A DNA stretch of 64,000 nt. Source: the human T2T-CHM13v2.0 reference genome, Homo sapiens. Numbering within the stretch: position 1 is the first letter of the stretch; each line of letters opens with the position of its first letter. The notes under the pieces are model-generated. The model saw nothing but the letters and a program-made list of their open reading frames with translations. It was not told the DNA's origin and did not search any database. The stretch is taken from the NCBI RefSeq assembly GCF_009914755.1, contig NC_060936.1; one strand, given 5' to 3'. Both the position numbers and the translations under genes were made by a program. Of this stretch, positions 12,227 to 25,900 are shown in pieces.

Positions 12227-13925
12227 AGGCCTCAAAGAGGTCAAATATCTGCTTGCAGACTTTACAGACAGAGTGTTTCCAAACTACTCTATTAAAAGAA
12301 AGCTTAAACTCCTTGAGTTGAACGCACACATCACAAAGTAGTTTCTGAGAATGATTCTGTCTAGTTTTTATACGAAGATGTTTCCCTTTCTACATTTGGT
12401 CTCAAAGCGATTGAAATCTCCAACTGGAAACTGCACAAATAGGCTGTTTCAAATCTGCTCTGTCTAAAGGAAGGTTCAGCTCTGTGAGTTGAATACACAC
12501 ACCACAAATAAGTTACTGAGAATTCTTCTGTCGAACATTACAGGAAGAAATCCCGTTTCCAACGAAGGCCTCAAAGAGGTCCAAATATCCACTTGCGGAC
12601 ATTACAAACAGTGTGTTTCCCAACTGCTCCATCAAAAGAAAGGTTAAACTCTGTGAGCTGAACACACACATCAAAAAGAAGTTTCTGTGAATGATTCTGT
12701 CTAGATTTTATACGAAGACGTTTACTTTTCTACCTTTGGTCTCAAAGCGATTGAAATCTCCACATGGAAACTCCACAAAAAGAGTGTTTCAAATCTGCTC
12801 TTTCTGAAGGAAGGTTCAACTCTGTGAGTTGAATACACACACCACAAATAAGTTACTGAGAATTCTTCTGTGTAACATTATATGAGGAAATCCCGTTTCC
12901 AACGAAGGCCTTAAAGAGGTCCAAATATCCACTTGCAGACTTTACAAAGACAGTGTCTCCAAACTCCTCCATCAAAAGAAAGGTTATACTCTGTGAATTG
13001 AACGCACACATCACAAAGTAGTTTCTGAGAATGATTCTGTCTAGTTTTTATACGAAGATATTTCCTTTTCTACATTTGGCCTAAAAGCGCTTGAAATCTC
13101 CACCTGCAAATATCACAAAAAGAGGGTTTCACATCTGCTCTGTCTAAAGGACAGTTCACCTCTGTGAGTTGAATAGAGGCAACACAAAGAACTTACTCAG
13201 TATTCTTCTTTCTAGCATTCTATGAAGAAATCCCGTTTCCAACGAAGGCCTCAAAGAGGTCCAAATATCTGCTTGCAGACTTTACAGACAGAGTTTTTCC
13301 AAACTGCTCCATCAAAAGAAAGGTTAAACTCCTTGAGTTGAACACACACATCACAAAGTAGTTTCTGTGAATGATTCTGTCTAGTTTTTATAAGAAGATG
13401 TTTCCTTTTCTACCTTTGGTCTCAAAGCGATTGAAATCTCCACATGGAAACTCCACAAAAAGAGTGTTTCAAATCTGCTGTTTCTGAAGGAAGGTTCAAC
13501 TCTGTGAGTTGAATACACACACCACAAATAAGTTACTGAGAATTCTTCTGTGTAACATTATATGAGGAAATCCCGTTTCCAACGAAGGCCTCAAAGAGGT
13601 CCAAATATCCACTTGCAGACTTTACAAAGACAGTGTCTCCAAACTCCTCCATCAAAAGAAAGGTTATACTCTGTGAATTGAACGCACACATCACAAAGTA
13701 GTTTCTGAGAATGATTCTGTCTAGTTTTTATACGAAGATATTTCCTTTTCTACATTTGGCCTAAAAGCGCTTGAAATCTCCACCTGCAAATATCACAAAA
13801 AGAGGGTTTCACATCTGCTCTGTCTAAAGGACAGTTCACCTCTGTGAGTTGAATAGAGGCAACACAAAGAACTTACTCAGTATTCTTCTTTCTAGCGTTC
13901 TATGAAGAAATCCCGTTTCCAACGA
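12227..13925 (-). repeat. 10-mer HOR variant (A, B/C hybrid, D, C, D; 1699 bp)
   Basis: B-type sequence (gagctgaac, catcaaaaagaag, ctagatttt) switches to C-type (acctttggtctc, ccacatggaaac) at ~12706-12735. The unit has no PvuII site. Confidence 0.92.
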
Positions 13926-16900
13926 AGGCCTCAAAGAGGTCAAATATCTGCTTGCAGACTTTACAGACAGAGTGTTTCCAAACTACTCTATGAAAAGAAA
14001 GCTTAAACTCCTTGAGTTGAACGCACACATCACAAAGTAGTTTCTGAGAATGATTCTGTCTAGTTTTTATACGAAGATGTTTCCCTTTCTACATTTGGTC
14101 TCAAAGCGATTGAAATCTCCAACTGGAAACTGCACAAATAGGCTGTTTCAAATCTGCTCTGTCTAAAGGAAGGTTCAACTCTGTGAGTTGAATACACACA
14201 CCACAAATAAGTTACTGAGAATTCTTCTGTCGAACATTACAGGAAGAAATCCCGTTTCCAACGAAGGCCTCAAAGAGGTCCAAATATCCACTTGCAGACA
14301 TTACAAACAGTGTGTTTCCCAACTGCTCCATCAAAAGAAAGGTTAAACTCTGTGAGCTGAACACACACATCAAAAAGAAGTTTCTGTGAATGATTCTGTC
14401 TAGATTTTATAAGAAGATGTTTCCTTTTCTACCGTAGGCCTCAAAGCGCTTGAAATCTCCAGCTGCAAATTACACAAAAAGGGTGTTTAACATCTGCTCT
14501 TCTAAAGGAAAGTTCAACTCTATGAGTTGATTACACACAGCACAAAGAAGTTACTGAGACTTCTCCTATCAAACATTATATGAAGAAATCCCGTTTCCAA
14601 CGAAGGCCTCAAAGAGGTCCAAATATCTGCTTGCAGACTTTACAGACAGTGTGTTTCCAAACTGCTCCATCAAAAGAAAGGTTAAACTCCTTGAGTTGAA
14701 CACACACATCACAAAGTAGTTTCTGTGAATGATTCTGTCTAGTTTTTATACGAAGATGTTTGCTTTTCTACCTTTGGCCTCAAAGCGATTGAAATCTCCA
14801 CATGGAAACTCCACAAAAAGAGTGTTTCAAATCTGCTCTTTCTGAAGGAAGGTTCAACTCTGTGAGTTGAATACACACACCACAAATAAGTTACTGAGAA
14901 TTCTTCTGTGTAACATTATATGAGGAAATCCCGTTTCCAACGAAGGCCTCAAAGAGGTCCAAATATCCACTTGCAGACTTTACAAAGACAGTGTCTCCAA
15001 ACTCCTCCATCAAAAGAAAGGTTATACTCTGTGAATTGAACGCACACATCACAAAGTAGTTTCTGAGAATGATTCTGTCTAGTTTTTATACGAAGATATT
15101 TCCTTTTCTACATTTGGCCTAAAAGCGCTTGAAATCTCCACCTGCAAATATCACAAAAAGAGGGTTTCACATCTGCTCTGTCTAAAGGACAGTTCACCTC
15201 TGTGAGTTGAATAGAGGCAACACAAAGAACTTACTCAGTATTCTTCTTTCTAGCATTCTATGAAGAAATCCCATTTCCAACGAAGGCCCCAAAGAGGTCC
15301 AAATATCTGCCTGCAGACTTTACAGACAGAGTTTTTCCAAACTGCTCCATCAAAAGAAAGGTTAAACTCCTTGAGTTGAACACACACATCACAAAGTAGT
15401 TTCTGTGAATGATTCTGTCTAGTTTTTATACGAAGATGTTTCCTTTTCTACCTTTGGTCTCAAAGCGATTGAAATCTCCACATGGAAACTCCACAAAAAG
15501 AGTGTTTCAAATCTGCTCTTTCTGAAGGAAGGTTCAACTCTGTGAGTTGAATACACACACCACAAATAAGTTACTGAGAATTCTTCTGTGTAACATTATA
15601 TGAGGAAATCCCGTTTCCAACGAAGGCCTCAAAGAGGTCCAAATATCCACTTGCAGACTTTACAAAGACAGTGTCTCCAAACTCCTCCATCAATAGAAAG
15701 GTTATACTCTGTGAATTGAACGCACACATCACAAAGTAGTTTCTGAGAATGATTCTGTCTAGTTTTTATACGAAGATATTTCCTTTTCTATATTTGGCCT
15801 AAAAGCGCTTGAAATCTCCACCTGCAAATATCACAAAAAGAGGGTTTCACATCTGCTCTGTCTAAAGGACAGTTCACCTCTGTGAGTTGAATAGAGGCAA
15901 CACAAAGAACTTACTCAGTATTCTTCTTTCTAGCGTTATATGAAGAAATCCCGTTTCCAACGAAGGCCTCAAAGAGGTCAAATATCTGCTTGCAGACTTT
16001 ACAGACAGAGTGTTTCCAAACTACTCTATGAAAAGAAAGCTTAAACTCCTTGAGTTGAACGCACACATCACAAAGTAGTTTCTGAGAATGATTCTGTCTA
16101 GTTTTTATACGAAGATGTTTCCTTTTCTACATTTGGTCTCAAAGCGATTGAAATCTCCAACTGGAAACTGCACAAATAGGCTGTTTCAAATCTGCTCTGT
16201 CTAAAGGAAGGTTCAGCTCTGTGAGTTGAATACACACACCACAAATAAGTTACTGAGAATTCTTCTGTCGAACATTACTTGAAGAAATCCCGTTTCCAAC
16301 GAAGGCCTCAAAGAGGTCCAAATATCCACTTGCAGACATTACAAACAGAGTGTTTCCAAACTGCTCCATCAAAAGAAAGGTTAAACTCTGTGAGCTGAAC
16401 ACACACATCAAAAAGAAGTTTCTGTGAATGATTCTGTCTAGATTTTATAAGAAGATGTTTCCTTTTCTACCGTAGGCCTCAAAGCGCTTGAAATCTCCAG
16501 CTGCAAATTCCACAAAAAGGGTGTTTAACATCTGCTCTTCTAAAGGAAAGTTCAACTCTGTGAGTTGAATACACACAGCACAAAGAAGTTACTGAGACTT
16601 CTCCTATCAAACATTATATGAAGAAATCCCGTTTCCAACGAAGGCCTCAAAGAGGTCCAAATATCTGCTTGCAGACTTTACAGACAGAGTGTTTCCAAAC
16701 TGCTCCATCAAAAGAAAGGTTAAACTCCTTGAGTTGAACACACACATCACAAAGTAGTTTCTGTGAATGATTCTGTCTAGTTTTTATACGAAGATGTTTC
16801 CTTTTCTACCTTTGGTCTCAAAGCGATTGAAATCTCCACATGGAAACTCCACAAAAAGAGTGTTTCAAATCTGCTCTTTCTGAAGGAAGGTTCAACTCTG

Positions 16901-19900
16901 TGAGTTGAATACAGACACCACAAATAAGTTACTGAGAATTCTTCTGTGTAACATTATATGAGGAAATCCCGTTTCCAACGAAGGCCTCAAAGAGGTCCAA
17001 ATATCCACTTGCAGACTTTACAAAGACAGTGTCTCCAAACTCCTCCATCAAAAGAAAGGTTATACTCTGTGAATTGAACGCACACATCACAAAGTAGTTT
17101 CTGAGAATGATTCTGTCTAGTTTTTATACGAAGATATTTCCTTTTCTACATTTGGCCTAAAAGCGCTTGAAATCTCCACCTGCAAATATCACAAAAAGAG
17201 GGTTTCACATCTGCTCTGTCTAAAGGACAGTTCACCTCTGTGAGTTGAATAGAGGCAACACAAAGAACTTACTCAGTATTCTTCTTTCTAGCATTCTATG
17301 AAGAAATCCCGTTTCCAACGAAGGCCTCAAAGAGGTCCAAATATCTGCTTGCAGACTTTACAGACAGAGTTTTTCCAAACTGCTCCATCAAAAGAAAGGT
17401 TAAACTCCTTGAGTTGAACACACACATCACAAAGTAGTTTCTGTGAATGATTCTGTCTAGTTTTTATAAGAAGATGTTTCCTTTTCTACCTTTGGTCTCA
17501 AAGCGATTGAAATCTCCACATGGAAACTCCACAAAAAGAGTGTTTCAAATCTGCTGTTTCTGAAGGAAGGTTCAACTCTGTGAGTTGAATACACACACCA
17601 CAAATAAGTTACTGAGAATTCTTCTGTGTAACATTATATGAGGAAATCCCGTTTCCAACGAAGGCCTCAAAGAGGTCCAAATATCCACTTGCAGACTTTA
17701 CAAAGACAGTGTCTCCAAACTCCTCCATCAAAAGAAAGGTTATACTCTGTGAATTGAACGCACACATCACAAAGTAGTTTCTGAGAATGATTCTGTCTAG
17801 TTTTTATACGAAGATATTTCCTTTTCTACATTTGGCCTAAAAGCGCTTGAAATCTCCACCTGCAAATATCACAAAAAGAGGGTTTCACATCTGCTCTGTC
17901 TAAAGGACAGTTCACCTCTGTGAGTTGAATAGAGGCAACACAAAGAACTTACTCAGTATTCTTCTTTCTAGCGTTCTATGAAGAAATCCCGTTTCCAACG
18001 AAGGCCTCAAAGAGGTCAAATATCTGCTTGCAGACTTTACAGACAGAGTGTTTCCAAACTACTCTATGAAAAGAAAGCTTAAACTCCTTGAGTTGAACGC
18101 ACACATCACAAAGTAGTTTCTGAGAATGATTCTGTCTAGTTTTTATACGAAGATGTTTCCCTTTCTACATTTGGTCTCAAAGCGATTGAAATCTCCAACT
18201 GGAAACTGCACAAATAGGCTGTTTCAAATCTGCTCTGTCTAAAGGAAGGTTCAACTCTGTGAGTTGAATACACACACCACAAATAAGTTACTGAGAATTC
18301 TTCTGTCGAACATTACAGGAAGAAATCCCGTTTCCAACGAAGGCCTCAAAGAGGTCCAAATATCCACTTGCAGACATTACAAACAGTGTGTTTCCCAACT
18401 GCTCCATCAAAAGAAAGGTTAAACTCTGTGAGCTGAACACACACATCAAAAAGAAGTTTCTGTGAATGATTCTGTCTAGATTTTATAAGAAGATGTTTCC
18501 TTTTCTACCGTAGGCCTCAAAGCGCTTGAAATCTCCAGCTGCAAATTACACAAAAAGGGTGTTTAACATCTGCTCTTCTAAAGGAAAGTTCAACTCTATG
18601 AGTTGATTACACACAGCACAAAGAAGTTACTGAGACTTCTCCTATCAAACATTATATGAAGAAATCCCGTTTCCAACGAAGGCCTCAAAGAGGTCCAAAT
18701 ATCTGCTTGCAGACTTTACAGACAGTGTGTTTCCAAACTGCTCCATCAAAAGAAAGGTTAAACTCCTTGAGTTGAACACACACATCACAAAGTAGTTTCT
18801 GTGAATGATTCTGTCTAGTTTTTATACGAAGATGTTTGCTTTTCTACCTTTGGCCTCAAAGCGATTGAAATCTCCACATGGAAACTCCACAAAAAGAGTG
18901 TTTCAAATCTGCTCTTTCTGAAGGAAGGTTCAACTCTGTGAGTTGAATACACACACCACAAATAAGTTACTGAGAATTCTTCTGTGTAACATTATATGAG
19001 GAAATCCCGTTTCCAACGAAGGCCTCAAAGAGGTCCAAATATCCACTTGCAGACTTTACAAAGACAGTGTCTCCAAACTCCTCCATCAAAAGAAAGGTTA
19101 TACTCTGTGAATTGAACGCACACATCACAAAGTAGTTTCTGAGAATGATTCTGTCTAGTTTTTATACGAAGATATTTCCTTTTCTACATTTGGCCTAAAA
19201 GCGCTTGAAATCTCCACCTGCAAATATCACAAAAAGAGGGTTTCACATCTGCTCTGTCTAAAGGACAGTTCACCTCTGTGAGTTGAATAGAGGCAACACA
19301 AAGAACTTACTCAGTATTCTTCTTTCTAGCATTCTATGAAGAAATCCCATTTCCAACGAAGGCCCCAAAGAGGTCCAAATATCTGCCTGCAGACTTTACA
19401 GACAGAGTTTTTCCAAACTGCTCCATCAAAAGAAAGGTTAAACTCCTTGAGTTGAACACACACATCACAAAGTAGTTTCTGTGAATGATTCTGTCTAGTT
19501 TTTATACGAAGATGTTTCCTTTTCTACCTTTGGTCTCAAAGCGATTGAAATCTCCACATGGAAACTCCACAAAAAGAGTGTTTCAAATCTGCTCTTTCTG
19601 AAGGAAGGTTCAACTCTGTGAGTTGAATACACACACCACAAATAAGTTACTGAGAATTCTTCTGTGTAACATTATATGAGGAAATCCCGTTTCCAACGAA
19701 GGCCTCAAAGAGGTCCAAATATCCACTTGCAGACTTTACAAAGACAGTGTCTCCAAACTCCTCCATCAATAGAAAGGTTATACTCTGTGAATTGAACGCA
19801 CACATCACAAAGTAGTTTCTGAGAATGATTCTGTCTAGTTTTTATACGAAGATATTTCCTTTTCTATATTTGGCCTAAAAGCGCTTGAAATCTCCACCTG

Positions 19901-22900
19901 CAAATATCACAAAAAGAGGGTTTCACATCTGCTCTGTCTAAAGGACAGTTCACCTCTGTGAGTTGAATAGAGGCAACACAAAGAACTTACTCAGTATTCT
20001 TCTTTCTAGCGTTATATGAAGAAATCCCGTTTCCAACGAAGGCCTCAAAGAGGTCAAATATCTGCTTGCAGACTTTACAGACAGAGTGTTTCCAAACTAC
20101 TCTATGAAAAGAAAGCTTAAACTCCTTGAGTTGAACGCACACATCACAAAGTAGTTTCTGAGAATGATTCTGTCTAGTTTTTATACGAAGATGTTTCCTT
20201 TTCTACATTTGGTCTCAAAGCGATTGAAATCTCCAACTGGAAACTGCACAAATAGGCTGTTTCAAATCTGCTCTGTCTAAAGGAAGGTTCAGCTCTGTGA
20301 GTTGAATACACACACCACAAATAAGTTACTGAGAATTCTTCTGTCGAACATTACTTGAAGAAATCCCGTTTCCAACGAAGGCCTCAAAGAGGTCCAAATA
20401 TCCACTTGCAGACATTACAAACAGAGTGTTTCCAAACTGCTCCATCAAAAGAAAGGTTAAACTCTGTGAGCTGAACACACACATCAAAAAGAAGTTTCTG
20501 TGAATGATTCTGTCTAGATTTTATAAGAAGATGTTTCCTTTTCTACCGTAGGCCTCAAAGCGCTTGAAATCTCCAGCTGCAAATTCCACAAAAAGGGTGT
20601 TTAACATCTGCTCTTCTAAAGGAAAGTTCAACTCTGTGAGTTGAATACACACAGCACAAAGAAGTTACTGAGACTTCTCCTATCAAACATTATATGAAGA
20701 AATCCCGTTTCCAACGAAGGCCTCAAAGAGGTCCAAATATCTGCTTGCAGACTTTACAGACAGAGTGTTTCCAAACTGCTCCATCAAAAGAAAGGTTAAA
20801 CTCCTTGAGTTGAACACACACATCACAAAGTAGTTTCTGTGAATGATTCTGTCTAGTTTTTATACGAAGATGTTTCCTTTTCTACCTTTGGTCTCAAAGC
20901 GATTGAAATCTCCACATGGAAACTCCACAAAAAGAGTGTTTCAAATCTGCTCTTTCTGAAGGAAGGTTCAACTCTGTGAGTTGAATACAGACACCACAAA
21001 TAAGTTACTGAGAATTCTTCTGTGTAACATTATATGAGGAAATCCCGTTTCCAACGAAGGCCTCAAAGAGGTCCAAATATCCACTTGCAGACTTTACAAA
21101 GACAGTGTCTCCAAACTCCTCCATCAAAAGAAAGGTTATACTCTGTGAATTGAACGCACACATCACAAAGTAGTTTCTGAGAATGATTCTGTCTAGTTTT
21201 TATACGAAGATATTTCCTTTTCTACATTTGGCCTAAAAGCGCTTGAAATCTCCACCTGCAAATATCACAAAAAGAGGGTTTCACATCTGCTCTGTCTAAA
21301 GGACAGTTCACCTCTGTGAGTTGAATAGAGGCAACACAAAGAACTTACTCAGTATTCTTCTTTCTAGCGTTCTATGAAGAAATCCCGTTTCCAACGAAGG
21401 CCTCAAAGAGGTCAAATATCTGCTTGCAGACTTTACAGACAGAGTGTTTCCAAACTACTCTATGAAAAGAAAGCTTAAACTCCTTGAGTTGAACGCACAC
21501 ATCACAAAGTAGTTTCTGAGAATGATTCTGTCTAGTTTTTATACGAAGATGTTTCCCTTTCTACATTTGGTCTCAAAGCGACTGAAATCTCCAACTGGAA
21601 ACTGCACAAATAGGCTGTTTCAAATCTGCTCTGTCTAAAGGAAGGTTCAACTCTGTGAGTTGAATACACACACCACAAATAAGTTACTGAGAATTCTTCT
21701 GTCGAACATTACAGGAAGAAATCCCGTTTCCAACGAAGGCCTCAAAGAGGTCCAAATATCCACTTGCAGACATTACAAACAGAGTGTTTCCCAACTGCTC
21801 CATCAAAAGAAAGGTTAAACTCTGTGAGCTGAACACACACATCAAAAAGAAGTTTCTGTGAATGATTCTGTCTAGATTTTATAAGAAGATGTTTCCTTTT
21901 CTACCGTAGGCCTCAAAGCGCTTGAAATCTCCAGCTGCAAATTACACAAAAAGGGTGTTTAACATCTGCTCTTCTAAAGGAAAGTTCAACTCTATGAGTT
22001 GATTACACACAGCACAAAGAAGTTACTGAGACTTCTCCTATCAAACATTATATGAAGAAATCCCGTTTCCAACGAAGGCCTCAAAGAGGTCCAAATATCT
22101 GCTTGCAGACTTTACAGACAGTGTGTTTCCAAACTGCTCCATCAAAAGAAAGGTTAAACTCCTTGAGTTGAACACACACATCACAAAGTAGTTTCTGTGA
22201 ATGATTCTGTCTAGTTTTTATACGAAGATGTTTGCTTTTCTACCTTTGGCCTCAAAGCGATTGAAATCTCCACATGGAAACTCCACAAAAAGAGTGTTTC
22301 AAATCTGCTCTTTCTGAAGGAAGGTTCAACTCTGTGAGTTGAATACACACACCACAAATAAGTTACTGAGAATTCTTCTGTGTAACATTATATGAGGAAA
22401 TCCCGTTTCCAACGAAGGCCTCAAAGAGGTCCAAATATCCACTTGCAGACTTTACAAAGACAGTGTCTCCAAACTCCTCCATCAAAAGAAAGGTTATACT
22501 CTGTGAATTGAACGCACACATCACAAAGTAGTTTCTGAGAATGATTCTGTCTAGTTTTTATACGAAGATATTTCCTTTTCTACATTTGGCCTAAAAGCGC
22601 TTGAAATCTCCAACTGCAAATATCACAAAAAGAGGGTTTCACATCTGCTCTGTCTAAAGGACAGTTCACCTCTGTGAGTTGAATAGAGGCAACACAAAGA
22701 ACTTACTCAGTATTCTTCTTTCTAGCATTCTATGAAGAAATCCCATTTCCAACGAAGGCCCCAAAGAGGTCCAAATATCTGCCTGCAGACTTTACAGACA
22801 GAGTTTTTCCAAACTGCTCCATCAAAAGAAAGGTTAAACTCCTTGAGTTGAACACACACATCACAAAGTAGTTTCTGTGAATGATTCTGTCTAGTTTTTA

Positions 22901-25900
22901 TACGAAGATGTTTCCTTTTCTACATTTGGTCTCAAAGCGATTGAAATCTCCAACTGGAAACTGCACAAATAAGCTGTTTCAAATCTGCTCTGTCTAAAGG
23001 AAGGTTCAGCTCTGTGAGTTGAATACACACACCACAAATAAGTTACTGAGAATTCTTCTGTCGAACATTACTTGAAGAAATCCCGTTTCCAACGAAGGCC
23101 TCAAAGAGGTCCAAATATCCACTTGCAGACATTACAAACAGAGTGTTTCCAAACTGCTCCATCAAAAGAAAGGTTAAACTCTGTGAGCTGAACACACACA
23201 TCAAAAAGAAGTTTCTGTGAATGATTCTGTCTAGATTTTATAAGAAGATGTTTCCTTTTCTACCGTAGGCCTCAAAGCGCTTGAAATCTCCAGCTGCAAA
23301 TTCCACAAAAAGGGTGTTTAACATCTGCTCTTCTAAAGGAAAGTTCAACTCTGTGAGTTGAATACACACAGCACAAAGAAGTTACTGAGACTTCTCCTAT
23401 CAAACATTATATGAAGAAATCCCGTTTCCAACGAAGGCCTCAAAGAGGTCCAAATATCTGCTTGCAGACTTTACAGACAGAGTGTTTCCAAACTGCTCCA
23501 TCAAAAGAAAGGTTAAACTCCTTGAGTTGAACACACACATCACAAAGTAGTTTCTGTGAATGATTCTGTCTAGTTTTTATACGAAGATGTTTCCTTTTCT
23601 ACCTTTGGTCTCAAAGCGATTGAAATCTCCACATGGAAACTCCACAAAAAGAGTGTTTCAAATCTGCTCTTTCTGAAGGAAGGTTCAACTCTGTGAGTTG
23701 AATACAGACACCACAAATAAGTTACTGAGAATTCTTCTGTGTAACATTATATGAGGAAATCCCGTTTCCAACGAAGGCCTCAAAGAGGTCCAAATATCCA
23801 CTTGCAGACTTTACAAAGACAGTGTCTCCAAACTCCTCCATCAAAAGAAAGGTTATACTCTGTGAATTGAACGCACACATCACAAAGTAGTTTCTGAGAA
23901 TGATTCTGTCTAGTTTTTATACGAAGATATTTCCTTTTCTACATTTGGCCTAAAAGCGCTTGAAATCTCCACCTGCAAATATCACAAAAAGAGGGTTTCA
24001 CATCTGCTCTGTCTAAAGGACAGTTCACCTCTGTGAGTTGAATAGAGGCAACACAAAGAACTTACTCAGTATTCTTCTTTCTAGCGTTCTATGAAGAAAT
24101 CCCGTTTCCAACGAAGGCCTCAAAGAGGTCAAATATCTGCTTGCAGACTTTACAGACAGAGTGTTTCCAAACTACTCTATGAAAAGAAAGCTTAAACTCC
24201 TTGAGTTGAACGCACACATCACAAAGTAGTTTCTGAGAATGATTCTGTCTAGTTTTTATACGAAGATGTTTCCCTTTCTACATTTGGTCTCAAAGCGACT
24301 GAAATCTCCAACTGGAAACTGCACAAATAGGCTGTTTCAAATCTGCTCTGTCTAAAGGAAGGTTCAACTCTGTGAGTTGAATACACACACCACAAATAAG
24401 TTACTGAGAATTCTTCTGTCGAACATTACAGGAAGAAATCCCGTTTCCAACGAAGGCCTCAAAGAGGTCCAAATATCCACTTGCAGACATTACAAACAGA
24501 GTGTTTCCCAACTGCTCCATCAAAAGAAAGGTTAAACTCTGTGAGCTGAACACACACATCAAAAAGAAGTTTCTGTGAATGATTCTGTCTAGATTTTATA
24601 AGAAGATGTTTCCTTTTCTACCGTAGGCCTCAAAGCGCTTGAAATCTCCAGCTGCAAATTACACAAAAAGGGTGTTTAACATCTGCTCTTCTAAAGGAAA
24701 GTTCAACTCTATGAGTTGATTACACACAGCACAAAGAAGTTACTGAGACTTCTCCTATCAAACATTATATGAAGAAATCCCGTTTCCAACGAAGGCCTCA
24801 AAGAGGTCCAAATATCTGCTTGCAGACTTTACAGACAGTGTGTTTCCAAACTGCTCCATCAAAAGAAAGGTTAAACTCCTTGAGTTGAACACACACATCA
24901 CAAAGTAGTTTCTGTGAATGATTCTGTCTAGTTTTTATACGAAGATGTTTGCTTTTCTACCTTTGGCCTCAAAGCGATTGAAATCTCCACATGGAAACTC
25001 CACAAAAAGAGTGTTTCAAATCTGCTCTTTCTGAAGGAAGGTTCAACTCTGTGAGTTGAATACACACACCACAAATAAGTTACTGAGAATTCTTCTGTGT
25101 AACATTATATGAGGAAATCCCGTTTCCAACGAAGGCCTCAAAGAGGTCCAAATATCCACTTGCAGACTTTACAAAGACAGTGTCTCCAAACTCCTCCATC
25201 AAAAGAAAGGTTATACTCTGTGAATTGAACGCACACATCACAAAGTAGTTTCTGAGAATGATTCTGTCTAGTTTTTATACGAAGATATTTCCTTTTCTAC
25301 ATTTGGCCTAAAAGCGCTTGAAATCTCCAACTGCAAATATCACAAAAAGAGGGTTTCACATCTGCTCTGTCTAAAGGACAGTTCACCTCTGTGAGTTGAA
25401 TAGAGGCAACACAAAGAACTTACTCAGTATTCTTCTTTCTAGCATTCTATGAAGAAATCCCATTTCCAACGAAGGCCCCAAAGAGGTCCAAATATCTGCC
25501 TGCAGACTTTACAGACAGAGTTTTTCCAAACTGCTCCATCAAAAGAAAGGTTAAACTCCTTGAGTTGAACACACACATCACAAAGTAGTTTCTGTGAATG
25601 ATTCTGTCTAGTTTTTATACGAAGATGTTTCCTTTTCTACCTTTGGTCTCAAAGCGATTGAAATCTCCACATGGAAACTCCACAAAAAGAGTGTTTCAAA
25701 TCTGCTCTTTCTGAAGGAAGGTTCAACTCTGTGAGTTGAATACACACACCACAAATAAGTTACTGAGAATTCTTCTGTGTAACATTATATGAGGAAATCC
25801 CGTTTCCAACGAAGGCCTCAAAGAGGTCCAAATATCCACTTGCAGACTTTACAAAGACAGTGTCTCCAAACTCCTCCATCAAAAGAAAGGTTATACTCTG

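Noticed and set aside
12138-12329. 63-aa minus-strand ORF
   Set aside because: It lies wholly in satellite sequence. It is open only in this copy, where private changes at ~12197-12203 and 12293 alter the frame and stops. There is no recognisable domain or gene context.
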